Assembly: GCA_016214035.1 (NCBI GenBank)
Contig: JACRPF010000014.1
Location: 292,244-356,243 of the forward strand
From: Spirochaetota bacterium
Lineage (GTDB): Bacteria; Spirochaetota; Brachyspiria; Brachyspirales; JACRPF01
Length of the DNA stretch: 64,000 nucleotides
Direction: 5' to 3'
Translations under genes and position numbers: made by a program
Shown: one piece after another, positions 35,918 to 45,081 of the stretch
Position numbering within the stretch: position 1 is the stretch's first letter
Layout: each line of letters opens with the position of its first letter
The notes under the pieces: generated by a model
The model's database searches: none
The model's input: the letters and a program-made list of their open reading frames with translations, nothing else
Told to the model about the DNA's origin: nothing

Positions 35918-38028
35918 GACGTAACGCCAGCATAATCGCCGGCGTTTTCTGGATGGTAATGTGCATACCGTCAGTGTCGGGGATAGCGCAGGAGCCGCCC
36001 CGGGCCGGGACATTCGTGGCGGGCGTCTACGCTGATGCTGCAGCACCCGCCCGCAAATTCAGCCGGGAACTGGCGGCCGCTGCGACCCGTGAGCTCCCAT
36101 CCGCATTGTATATCACCAACATCACTGCAGACGATGACACCGGCGTTGACATTCGCGCCGACGTTCAGCGCCTCACCTATGAAAAGCTCGCTCAATGCGA
36201 CGGCATTACACTGTACGATGTCGCATTCGTCTGTGTTCATGCCTCAGAACACGCGCTCACTGTTCCGGCGGATTTGACAAACGGCCCGGTAATTATCTAC
36301 GGCGGCCCCGTAAGCATGAGCGCTATCCTTACGATTGAATCGCATATACAAGCGCCGCTCGCCGTTATAACCGCTTCATCGTATACCGACGCGCTCGCAT
36401 GTCTCGCATCGAATACCGGCGCATGCATCATTGCCGAAAGCATTGACGCATTCGCGTCTTCATTTTCCGGCGGCACGAGTATACATTTCAGCCTGCTCAA
36501 AGATGTGCTTCCGGCGGAACATGCCGGATGGTTGATGCCAAAACACTTCGGATACACTGTTCAGCTTGAGAACGCAATTGAAAAGCTGAAACGCTCGGGC
36601 GATTTCGACGCGATCTGGTACTCATCTTTCGGTATTGCGCGCGAGCAATATGCCGCGATGCTAGAAAAAAACGACCCGCGCACACACTATTTCCGGCGAT
36701 GCCTCGATATGGCTTTTGCAGGCGAGTTTGAAAATGCGCTCGCGGAACTCGCGAAAGCAGAGTCGGCTGATAACGGCGGCGGGCAGACAAAAGAACTGCG
36801 CATCCTTATAGACAGCTATCTGCAAAAAATTGCAACGAATACCGATGCCGCATCGGCGGTTATTGTTGAAGAAATGCCGAAGACATTTGAACGACCCTCC
36901 GAAGTGGAAAAACTCAAAACGAAAAGCCCCGACGAAGCGGCTCAGTATGAGGGGGAACGGTATTTCAAGGTGGGCGTCTATAAGTTCAACCGCAAGGAGT
37001 ACCCTGAGGCAGCCGATTGTTTCCGCAAGGCCAATGCGCTGTCATATAAGCCGGAACAATCACGCGAATACCTGGTGAAGGCGGAAAAAGCGTTCACCGA
37101 GAACAAACGCGCACAGGATGAAGATCGGATGAAACGGTTTAATGATATTTTTGAAAAGGCCATCAGATACTATACGAAATCGAGTCTGCAGGAAGCGCTC
37201 AATGCCATCACCGAATGCCTGAACCTGTTCCCCGATAACGAGATGGCGAAAAAATATTACATCCTGATATCCGACAACATCACGCTTGAGGGTGAACGCA
37301 CCATCGACATGTCTTCGCCGTATTACACCTATTTCAAAAACCGCATGGCTGCCGCCGACGACCATATGCTCCGGAATACATATGCTGAAGCGCGGGAAAT
37401 CTTTGAGGAAGTACTGGCCCTATTCCCGAACAATGAGCGTGCCCGCGAAAGTCTCATTACCTGCCTGCTTAAGCTCGATCCGGAAAAGTTGAAAACGTTT
37501 ACCCGTGACTATATCGACCGCGGAAATCGAGCGCTGGCGGCGGGCAACCTGCGTGACGCAAACATGCTGTTCTCATCGGTAAAACGAATAGCGCCGGATC
37601 ATCCGCAGATTGACGATCTCATCGCGCGCACCAAACCGAAACGCAGGGAGTTCACGGCGGAAACGCCACCCGAAGGGTTCTCCTGTGAAAAATATATGCA
37701 GGAGGCATCCGACTGCTATACGCGCGGAAATCTAGCCACGGCACTTGCGCTCTACCGAACCATTATCCGCTATCGGCCTGACGACTACAAGGCGCTTATG
37801 AATGCAACGAGAATTGAAAATATCATCGCCTCATCGAAAGGCGAACGCAGTGCCGACATCGCCGGTCCGTCCCGTCGGGCAGCAGACGCGCTTTATCTGA
37901 AAGGTCAGTTCTATTACCGGATACGGGAATATCGGTCAGCGATTGCGCTCTGGGAGGAGGCATATCGCGTTGATCCCACGTATACCAAAGCCTACATCAA
38001 CGCCGAACGTGCGAAGAAGATGCAATGA
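35914..38028 (+). CDS. Exported TPR-repeat protein with an N-terminal domain of unknown function
   Basis: Signal peptide IIAGVFWMVMCIPSVSGIAQ. The C-terminal ~380 aa form multiple TPR-like repeats (YFKVGVYKFNRKEYPEAADCFRKA..., AEAREIFEEVLALFPNNERA..., YLKGQFYYRIREYRSAIALWEEAYRVDP). Confidence 0.7.
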   Translation: MRRNASIIAGVFWMVMCIPSVSGIAQEPPRAGTFVAGVYADAAAPARKFSRELAAAATRELPSALYITNITADDDTGVDIRADVQRLTYEKLAQCDGITLYDVAFVCVHASEHALTVPADLTNGPVIIYGGPVSMSAILTIESHIQAPLAVITASSYTDALACLASNTGACIIAESIDAFASSFSGGTSIHFSLLKDVLPAEHAGWLMPKHFGYTVQLENAIEKLKRSGDFDAIWYSSFGIAREQYAAMLEKNDPRTHYFRRCLDMAFAGEFENALAELAKAESADNGGGQTKELRILIDSYLQKIATNTDAASAVIVEEMPKTFERPSEVEKLKTKSPDEAAQYEGERYFKVGVYKFNRKEYPEAADCFRKANALSYKPEQSREYLVKAEKAFTENKRAQDEDRMKRFNDIFEKAIRYYTKSSLQEALNAITECLNLFPDNEMAKKYYILISDNITLEGERTIDMSSPYYTYFKNRMAAADDHMLRNTYAEAREIFEEVLALFPNNERARESLITCLLKLDPEKLKTFTRDYIDRGNRALAAGNLRDANMLFSSVKRIAPDHPQIDDLIARTKPKRREFTAETPPEGFSCEKYMQEASDCYTRGNLATALALYRTIIRYRPDDYKALMNATRIENIIASSKGERSADIAGPSRRAADALYLKGQFYYRIREYRSAIALWEEAYRVDPTYTKAYINAERAKKMQ

Positions 38029-39365
38029 TGTTGAAAAGGATGATTATTATGATAGCCGTATGCGCCGCATGCAGAGCGATGGACCCGGCCGCAGGGTCTG
38101 CCGGAATGCGTTTCCTCAAGCTGCCGGCAGATGCCGCCGTCATCGGCATGGGAGATACGTCCGCGGCCCGGCACGGAAAAAGCATGGATTTTCTGTCAAA
38201 TCCCGCATCGCTCGGTTTTCAAAACGATATGGCCGCGGCCGTCACCTATTTCAGACTTGCCGGAATAGACACCGGCATCAATCATTGCGCGGCTGCGTTC
38301 ACCATGCCGCTCGGAATACTGGGCTCAATCGGCGTCGGCACCGTACTCCCGTTATACGGCACATCAGAAAGTCTTGAACTCGCTGATGACGGGTCTATTG
38401 TAACAACAGGTTCGACGTTCGACTTTGACGCTATGCTCACCGCTTCCTACGGAATTTCAATCGCTGATATCCTGAGCGCCGGCGGTGCGGTAAAAATGGC
38501 GGTTGAATCAATCGGCGGCGTCACCATGACGGGCTTATCGTTCGATATCGGCGTCATGGCATCGTTATTTTCAAATGCGCTTATCATCGGCGCTTCGGCA
38601 AAGAACCTCGGCCCGTCGGTATTCACGGAAAACGGCGCTGCGATGCCCTTCATTTCCCGGCTCGGGGTGCGCTGGCGCATATTCGATATCGGCGATAATG
38701 CAATCACCGTGGCGGCGGATATTACAAAATCACTTGATGGAGAATTCGGCTGCAACACCGGCATGGAATATTCACTCGCACATTTCATCTATCTCCGTGC
38801 GGGATATCAGTACCAGGAAACAGGCATCATGAGCGCGGGCGCGGGAATACATATAGCGAAAAACATCGATATTGATGTGGGCGGCATATTCCTCTCCGCA
38901 GCGTTCAACCGTCTCGGCGTGACCGTGCAGTACCGGTTCGCTGAAAGCAGCATCGCCACAGCACCACCGCCTCCGGCAGAAGTGACGGCTGCTGCTGCAT
39001 CGAATACCTTCCCGGCGGCTGACAACGCCGTTCCACCCGCAGCGCCGGCGGCTGAAACAAACGCAGTCACCATGATTGACACGCCACCGTCTGCACCCAC
39101 GAATACGCCCGCAGCGCCGGAAACCGCATCATCCATGAACACGAACGCCATGGATACGCCTTCGACGAATATGCTGCGTGCAATTGAGGCATGGAGTCTT
39201 GAGAAAATAATCACCGAAGCGCGTGAAGCGATACGGCTGAACGACAGCCGCTATGCGCGTGCGTTGATCACGGAAGGGCTGACACGGTCACCGGGCAACA
39301 GTGAACTTATCAGACTGTTAAAAATCATGCTCGATCAAAGGCGGGAAAGTAATGAAAAACAGTAA
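38025..39365 (+). CDS. PorV/PorQ-family-like outer-membrane beta-barrel protein with Pro/Ala/Thr-rich linker and helical C-terminal extension
   Basis: Signal peptide, then GSAGMRFLKLPADAAVIGMGDTSAA...FLSNPASLGF, the N-terminal hallmark I associate with PorV/PorQ (and Treponema UPF0164) proteins. Alternating beta-strand pattern ends in RLGVTVQYRF. An extra ~130-aa tail follows (PPPPAEVTAAAAS...TPAAPETASS, then a TPR-like helix pair). Confidence 0.6.
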   Translation: MMLKRMIIMIAVCAACRAMDPAAGSAGMRFLKLPADAAVIGMGDTSAARHGKSMDFLSNPASLGFQNDMAAAVTYFRLAGIDTGINHCAAAFTMPLGILGSIGVGTVLPLYGTSESLELADDGSIVTTGSTFDFDAMLTASYGISIADILSAGGAVKMAVESIGGVTMTGLSFDIGVMASLFSNALIIGASAKNLGPSVFTENGAAMPFISRLGVRWRIFDIGDNAITVAADITKSLDGEFGCNTGMEYSLAHFIYLRAGYQYQETGIMSAGAGIHIAKNIDIDVGGIFLSAAFNRLGVTVQYRFAESSIATAPPPPAEVTAAAASNTFPAADNAVPPAAPAAETNAVTMIDTPPSAPTNTPAAPETASSMNTNAMDTPSTNMLRAIEAWSLEKIITEAREAIRLNDSRYARALITEGLTRSPGNSELIRLLKIMLDQRRESNEKQ

Positions 39366-39392
39366 CACGCCTTATGCTGTGCGGAGGCATTT

Positions 39393-40916
39393 ATGAAGGG
39401 AGTACGTGTTTCACTCGGAGTGAAATTCAGCCTCATATCCGTCATACTCACGCTCCTGATACTCTTAAGCGTTTTCGTCTTCACCGGCATAACGGTCATC
39501 GGCAAAAGTCAATCGTTCATGTCCGAAGTGCTGCTCAAGGACACGGTACGCCTCCTCGATTTCTTTTCAGCCACCGTACGCGACGGACTCATCGCCGACG
39601 ACGACATGCTCATCATGAACACATTTGATAAAGTAAAGAAGATGGATAATGTTGACTATGCGATACTCTTCAACCGCTCACGAACGGTTCTGCAGCATTC
39701 GGAACCGTTCGCCGGCCAGGGGTTCAACACCAACGACAGAGTATTCACCACGCTCTTCTCGCAGAAAAAGCTCGTCATCCAGCCGCCGTTCGACCCCGCG
39801 GACATCCGCCCGTCGTACACGATAGCCAAACCGATGTTCGACGGCGCCGATGCATTCATCGGACTGCTCGCGGTGAAATATTCCACACGTACCCTCGCCG
39901 CTCTCATCTACCGCATACGTACCACGCTCTACACCAACATGATGCTCGCCGTGGGCGGCGGCACCTTACTCGCCGTCATTTTCGGCATCATACTCGCGTA
40001 TATCATCGTGCATCCGCTGCGGACGATGATACACGGCACGGAGATCATCGGCGGCGGGAACCTGCACCATGTCATCGAGGTCAAGCACAACGACGAAATG
40101 GGTGTGCTCGCCGACAGTTTCAACACCATGACATCGCGCATCCGGGCGTCACAGACCGCGCTTCTTGAGCAGAAAAAGCAGGAAGAGCAGATGCTCATTG
40201 CGCACGATATTCAGGAATCGCTGTATCCCGAGGCGCCCATCAGCCGCGACACATACGAGATTGCGTCATTCTCAAAACCGGCCAAGACTGTCGGCGGTGA
40301 CTATCACTATTATCGCGACATGGACAACGGCATGCTCTATTTCATACTTGCGGACGTGTCCGGCAAGGGCGTTCCCGCGGCACTCGTGACATTCATGCTC
40401 GCAACGGTGAGCAGCATGCTGATGGGACGGAAAAGCATCAGGGATTCAGGCACGCAGATCACCGCCATGAACAGGATAGTCACGAGCCAGATGGGCAAGT
40501 TCGGGCGTTTTGTCACCGCACTTTCCTGCATCTACGATCCGAAGACGAAAACAATCGATTTCTGTTCAGCCGGACACGGTGAGCTTGCGGTATACCGCGG
40601 GTCGGATAAACACTTCGAGATCTGCGGAAATTCGGATATACCGATTGGCCTCGATAAGGACAAGATGTATATCGGCAATAAATGCGTGCTCGCGCCCGGG
40701 GACCATGTGCTCATCAACAGTGACGGCATCACTGAAGCGCGTAATGCCGCGGGCGGAGAATACGGCATTGAACGGGCGTTCGCGGCATGCATAACCGCTG
40801 CCGATGAGGATGCAAAATCGATTGTGGAAAAACTGCGGTCGGATGTTGCCGGATTCTGCGGTGATGCTCCGCTGCACGATGACATGACAGCACTGATATT
40901 CAAGGTGAGGTCATAA
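39393..40916 (+). CDS. Membrane sensor phosphatase: TM-periplasmic domain-TM-HAMP-PP2C/SpoIIE (SiaA/RsbU-like)
   Basis: Two TM segments flank a ~150-aa loop. HAMP region: HPLRTMIHGTEIIGGGNLHHVIEVKHNDEMGVLADSFNTM. SpoIIE motifs: IAHDIQESLYP, GGDYHYY, ILADVSGKGVPAAL, LINSDGITEA, HDDMT. GGAGG RBS. Confidence 0.85.
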   Translation: MKGVRVSLGVKFSLISVILTLLILLSVFVFTGITVIGKSQSFMSEVLLKDTVRLLDFFSATVRDGLIADDDMLIMNTFDKVKKMDNVDYAILFNRSRTVLQHSEPFAGQGFNTNDRVFTTLFSQKKLVIQPPFDPADIRPSYTIAKPMFDGADAFIGLLAVKYSTRTLAALIYRIRTTLYTNMMLAVGGGTLLAVIFGIILAYIIVHPLRTMIHGTEIIGGGNLHHVIEVKHNDEMGVLADSFNTMTSRIRASQTALLEQKKQEEQMLIAHDIQESLYPEAPISRDTYEIASFSKPAKTVGGDYHYYRDMDNGMLYFILADVSGKGVPAALVTFMLATVSSMLMGRKSIRDSGTQITAMNRIVTSQMGKFGRFVTALSCIYDPKTKTIDFCSAGHGELAVYRGSDKHFEICGNSDIPIGLDKDKMYIGNKCVLAPGDHVLINSDGITEARNAAGGEYGIERAFAACITAADEDAKSIVEKLRSDVAGFCGDAPLHDDMTALIFKVRS

Positions 40917-42826
40917 TGTCACGGAATATCCTTATACGGTTCATTGTCGCGGCATGTACCGCCCTGAGTGTTTCCGGAGCCGGTTTTCATATGACGGGCT
41001 GGGAATACGACCGGCCGCTTGTCAGAAACGGACGCCCGTATATCGCGGACAACCGTGATTTTCTCGAAGCCGCGTCTATCGATGGAGCATTGCTGCTGTT
41101 CACACTCAGCGGGCCGCTGCTTATCATGCACACGGTTGAAAACGGCACCATTGTTGACAGCAAAAAACTGTTCCCGGTCGACCCTTTCACGCGCACGGTC
41201 ATTCATTCTTCGGGCGGCGGCGTATTTATACTGGCGTTTCAGGGCGGACAGGGAACGGTGTACCGGATTACCGGCAGAACGCCGCAGCGCCTGTATAAAT
41301 GCGAACACCGAACGGATGCCGGTGACGCCGATATCACCGTATCCGGGAATGAGATGTTCATCACATTCCCCGTGAAAGAGACGAACCGCATCGTCCCCGA
41401 ATTGGTGCACATAAAGATCGATGGGACGGACTCCCGCGCGACACCATTGAATCTTCCGCCGTTCGCGTCCGAGGACAAAGGAATATTTTTCCCGCGGATA
41501 TACCGGGATGGCGCCGCATACCGCGTATTCTACATTGCGCGCCGGTATGACTCGACAAAAAAATATTTACGGGACGTGCTTCAGACGGTTGCGCTGAACG
41601 ATATAGCATTATTGCCGCAAGCCGTGCCGGAACAGCTGTCGGAGATTGCCGTGAGCGATCATCCGCCGGAATATATCGTCAGTGGCGGAACCGCAGCCAT
41701 CATGTTTTCAAGTAAACGGCAGGCACTCTATTCACTGCGCTGGTTCTCTCTTCCGGATAAAAAAGAGTATGCGGTAAGCCCGCCGTTCGCCAACGCATTC
41801 CGCGAGCGTTTTTTCGCGGCGAACGGCATCATTACGCTTTTTTACATACTGCAGACATCGGGGAAATATACGGTCATGAGCCGCACAATCGATGCCGCCC
41901 GCGCCCGGTATGCCGAACATTGGGAACGCGAACAATCGAATCACACCGTTATCGCGGATGATGTACGCACGTTCGCACTTGCCGAAAAAGGAGGTATACG
42001 CTATTTCTTCTATATCGATGCGGCCGGGGCGATACGTTATTCCGCGACAGACCGGAGCGCACGCTCCCCCGTCCCCCGTCTTGTCTGCAGAAGTAATGTG
42101 TCACCTTCGGCCGCATATTATGACATTGTGTGGGACGAACCCGATGACCCGTCGGGTATCAGCGGATATGCGTTTGTCATCGACACCATTGAACGCACCG
42201 TGCCTGATGTAAAGAACCTGTATCCCGCGGATCTATCCGTGGGGACAAAAGATTATTCCAACGGACGGTATGTGTTTCATATCGTTTCGATAGACACACT
42301 CGGCAACCGCAGTCCCGCGGCGCACTGCCCCTTCACAATGCCGGCTATGCCGGTATTCATTCCGGAGCCGCCGATAGCTGCCGTCCAAACGGTAAAACGT
42401 ATTCCGGCACCGCGCAGCAAAGCCCCGCCGGCGTCAGCAACGATACCGAAGCGTACGGCGGAACTCCCGCCGGCACCCGCGGTGGATATCGAATCCCGGA
42501 GACTGGATGCGTTCATCGCGTATATCAGCGCCGCAAACGGTGCGATACGCGCAAAAGACTATTTTACCGCCGAGAAGAACATAGCACTGGCCGCGCTCAT
42601 CTACCCCGAACGTCCGGAGGTCTATGTGCTGCTGCAGTCGATAACGCTTGCCAGGCGTGGACTTTTCTATAACGGTGATTTTACCCTGATTGCATTCTCA
42701 TCATGCATCGGCGGACTTATACTTCTGCTCGCTAGTATATTCATTGTTCTGACCCGGATTCGTTCTACGCAGAGAAATAATCTTCCAATTGCACGTCAAG
42801 AAAAATCCCCAAGGAGTAACGTATGA
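40916..42826 (+). CDS. Hypothetical exported protein with C-terminal transmembrane anchor
   Basis: Signal-like N-terminus IRFIVAACTALSVSGAG. Internal FN3/Ig-like stretch (YDIVWDEPDDPSGISGYAFVID...GRYVFHIVSIDTLGNRS). A Pro/Ala-rich linker, one TPR-like pair and the TM helix IAFSSCIGGLILLLASIFIVL follow. TAATG junction with the phosphatase gene. Confidence 0.6.
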   Translation: MSRNILIRFIVAACTALSVSGAGFHMTGWEYDRPLVRNGRPYIADNRDFLEAASIDGALLLFTLSGPLLIMHTVENGTIVDSKKLFPVDPFTRTVIHSSGGGVFILAFQGGQGTVYRITGRTPQRLYKCEHRTDAGDADITVSGNEMFITFPVKETNRIVPELVHIKIDGTDSRATPLNLPPFASEDKGIFFPRIYRDGAAYRVFYIARRYDSTKKYLRDVLQTVALNDIALLPQAVPEQLSEIAVSDHPPEYIVSGGTAAIMFSSKRQALYSLRWFSLPDKKEYAVSPPFANAFRERFFAANGIITLFYILQTSGKYTVMSRTIDAARARYAEHWEREQSNHTVIADDVRTFALAEKGGIRYFFYIDAAGAIRYSATDRSARSPVPRLVCRSNVSPSAAYYDIVWDEPDDPSGISGYAFVIDTIERTVPDVKNLYPADLSVGTKDYSNGRYVFHIVSIDTLGNRSPAAHCPFTMPAMPVFIPEPPIAAVQTVKRIPAPRSKAPPASATIPKRTAELPPAPAVDIESRRLDAFIAYISAANGAIRAKDYFTAEKNIALAALIYPERPEVYVLLQSITLARRGLFYNGDFTLIAFSSCIGGLILLLASIFIVLTRIRSTQRNNLPIARQEKSPRSNV

Positions 42827-43206
42827 CATTCCACATCGAAGTGATCAAGATCAATTTCACGGCGGCAGACGCGCGCGTTGACCAGCGGCACACCATATTC
42901 CGTGTCTCGCCGCAGGGAGAGATGAACATGGCAAGCCTTGAGACCTATAAGGCGCTCATCTTCACGCTGCTCGACGGCGGCATGGAACGCCTCATGCTCG
43001 ATCTTTCGGGGCTTGACTACATCGACAGCGCCGGCATCGGCGTTCTTGTGGAGACCGCAAAACGCATCCGGGCGAACAAAGGTGAAGTTACCTTCATCAA
43101 CGTATCAGCGAAACTACAGAAAATATTTGACATGGTGCATCTGCAGACGTTCATCAAAGTTTCCCAGACCGAGGGCCATGCGACGAATTTACTCTCGTTC
43201 GCCTAG
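42823..43206 (+). CDS. STAS-domain anti-sigma-factor antagonist
   Basis: LMLDLSGLDYIDSAGIGVLVETAKRIRANKGEVTFINV carries the D-S-x-G motif. AAGGAG RBS. ATGA overlap with the upstream gene. Confidence 0.8.
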   Translation: MTFHIEVIKINFTAADARVDQRHTIFRVSPQGEMNMASLETYKALIFTLLDGGMERLMLDLSGLDYIDSAGIGVLVETAKRIRANKGEVTFINVSAKLQKIFDMVHLQTFIKVSQTEGHATNLLSFA

Positions 43207-43227
43207 GCTGACACAGCGGGCCTCTGT

Positions 43228-43665
43228 TCATCGACTGCGCTTGGTGATAGGCAGTCGGTATGACTGCGTCTCAGAAACGGATGATGGATGATTCAGGAAC
43301 CGGTCACGTACTTTTGCGGCCAGATCACGGTGCGTAAGCGGCTCCGGCGATTCGAACACAAGCGTATATTTTTTAAGCCCCACGTGCTCAAGCCGCTGTT
43401 CGAGTTCAACGCAGTCGGCGCCGGGCTCGAATATCTGCATCGAGTCCGCCTCACGTACCGCGGCAACCGCCTCGTCATTCGTGCTGTTTATCCGGCGCTC
43501 ACCCCGCCTGTCTTTTTTGAAATCCATCGCGAACGGCGATGGCGCATCATCGGTCATCCTGATGCAATTACCGCGCGCCGCGGCATTCAGTTTCCTGCTG
43601 TTTTCGGGTACGATTACCAGCACCGCCTTCTTGAAACCCACCCAGAGATCCACCTGCTTTTCCAT
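43228..43665 (-). CDS. Hypothetical protein
   Basis: The minus-strand ORF looks protein-like, while the overlapping plus-strand ORFs are R/H/F-rich junk. Start set at the ATG 43665 (GAGGTG RBS 6 nt upstream); the track uses TTG at 43683. No domain recognised. Confidence 0.5.
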   Translation of the reverse strand: MEKQVDLWVGFKKAVLVIVPENSRKLNAAARGNCIRMTDDAPSPFAMDFKKDRRGERRINSTNDEAVAAVREADSMQIFEPGADCVELEQRLEHVGLKKYTLVFESPEPLTHRDLAAKVRDRFLNHPSSVSETQSYRLPITKRSR

Positions 43666-43693
43666 GCTGCACCTCTTGTCCAATTTTGTACAC

Positions 43694-44017
43694 TTACATC
43701 GCTTCCAATGTATTCAGAAATGTGCCGTAATGTCCCAGCGACACTATGTCACCCGATTCATCAGGTTTCGCCAAGCCGAACATATCATCCTCTTCGTTGT
43801 AAAATATCTTTATTCCCGTTCTGTTGACCGGGTCCTCCTCGAACACAATCCAATACTCTGTTGTGGTGACGCCGTTGAAGGTGCATTTTATCGGTGCTTT
43901 TTCCGGTTCCACCAGATACATATCCAGCGAACAACCATCAACATTGGTGATATGCCAATCCTTAATTTCTACATATATTCTTTCTTTCACCTCATATGGA
44001 TTCATGATCACTTTCAT
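43694..44017 (-). CDS. Hypothetical small acidic protein
   Basis: 107 aa (MKVIMNPYEVKERIYVEIKDWHITNVDG...). ATGA overlap with the upstream RHH gene. No domain recognised. Confidence 0.5.
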   Translation of the reverse strand: MKVIMNPYEVKERIYVEIKDWHITNVDGCSLDMYLVEPEKAPIKCTFNGVTTTEYWIVFEEDPVNRTGIKIFYNEEDDMFGLAKPDESGDIVSLGHYGTFLNTLEAM

Positions 44018-44217
44018 CGTAACATCGGGTGGCGTTTTTTTCTGCGCCTGTCTTTCGGATTAAAATATTCACGCAGCGATTCAAGCACTACCCACTCAAA
44101 CGTTCGGCGACAGGCCACCGCTTCAAGCTCAATCCGTTCTTTCAATGCCTGGGGTATGGTTATTTTACAATCTACCATCTCGATTCCATCCGGAGCCAAT
44201 TGAACTTTTTGCGTCAT
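44014..44217 (-). CDS. Ribbon-helix-helix (CopG/Arc/MetJ-type) DNA-binding protein
   Basis: KITIPQALKERIELEAVACRRTFEWVVLESLREYF fits strand-helix-helix. Start set at the ATG 44217 (GGAGG 5 nt upstream); the track ORF extends to 44259. Confidence 0.6.
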   Translation of the reverse strand: MTQKVQLAPDGIEMVDCKITIPQALKERIELEAVACRRTFEWVVLESLREYFNPKDRRRKKRHPMLR

Positions 44218-44245
44218 GGCATCCTCCTTCCTCTGACGATAACCG

Positions 44246-45058
44246 TCAGCGTCTCTCACCGCGATATCCGTTTTTCTTTTTTACCTGCTGGTCATCGCCG
44301 GCCTTCTGCCCCTGGCCGAACGGCAGCGATGAGGACGAGTAATCAACACGATGATGCGCGGGCAGCACCCCTGCGACATCGCTCGATGACAGCCCGTGCT
44401 GACTGACGACAGCATCTCCTTCTACATAAATTTCATCAATCGGCAGCCAATCCTCGTCTATCAGATCCGATACCGTTGTTCGTGCGGTGTGTATGACGTG
44501 CGAACGGGCTATCGGCACAAAGACGCCGTTCACGTCGTAATAACCAAGTTCCCCGTAGAAATAGTTATCCGGCATACCGAGCATGATATACCAGCTGCCG
44601 TAATGGCTGTTCACTTCGATGTCCGCGTGTATGAATTTCAGATCGCTGTTCTCATGATCGAGCAGCCGGTACATGATGATATGCAGGTCCTGCTCGCCAA
44701 CCGTATGCTGTCTGCAGTCTTCATCGGATATATCCCAATAGGCGAAGCACCATTCAGGATCACGCGACATTATCGTCAGCCGCGTGTCATTGTAACGATT
44801 GGGCAGTTCACGGATACGGTCCGCGTAATCGCTCATGATCGGCTGCGCGCTGAGAACATCGGGAGCCGCCGATGACACTATGGTGATGACCGCCTCTTTC
44901 TTCGATGTAGTTTTGCGCGCTTTAGCGGAGGCTTTTACTTTCAATCGCGCAGATACCTTAGGCGCAGATACCTTAGGCGCAGATACCTTAGGCGCAGATA
45001 CCTTAGGCGCAGATACCTTAGGCGCAGATACCTTCCTCCCGTTTAATTTTGCGCGCAT
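44246..45058 (-). CDS. DUF4912-domain protein with N-terminal Lys-rich (KVSAP)n repeat
   Basis: LPNRYNDTRLTIMSRDPEWCFAYWDISDED matches the DUF4912 hallmark (LxxxxRDPxWxFAYWEI). The N-terminus carries KVSAP x5-6. Start at 45058 is preferred (GGAGG 5 nt upstream); the alternative ATG is at 45070. Confidence 0.75.
   Translation of the reverse strand: MRAKLNGRKVSAPKVSAPKVSAPKVSAPKVSAPKVSARLKVKASAKARKTTSKKEAVITIVSSAAPDVLSAQPIMSDYADRIRELPNRYNDTRLTIMSRDPEWCFAYWDISDEDCRQHTVGEQDLHIIMYRLLDHENSDLKFIHADIEVNSHYGSWYIMLGMPDNYFYGELGYYDVNGVFVPIARSHVIHTARTTVSDLIDEDWLPIDEIYVEGDAVVSQHGLSSSDVAGVLPAHHRVDYSSSSLPFGQGQKAGDDQQVKKKNGYRGERR
44949..45034 (-). repeat. Perfect 15-bp tandem repeat, 5.7 copies, in frame (encodes KVSAP repeats)
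   Basis: Plus strand reads GCAGATACCTTAGGC x5 (44949-45023) followed by a partial sixth unit GCAGATACCTT (45024-45034). No mismatches. Confidence 0.95.
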
Positions 45059-45081
45059 GACATCCTCCATATGAAAATATT

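Noticed and set aside
43288-44203. Plus-strand ORFs of 179 and 240 aa opposite the three small minus-strand genes
   Set aside because: Their translations are R/H/F/C-rich and lack RBSs. The minus-strand ORFs have SD sequences, ATGA coupling and balanced composition, including a clear RHH motif.
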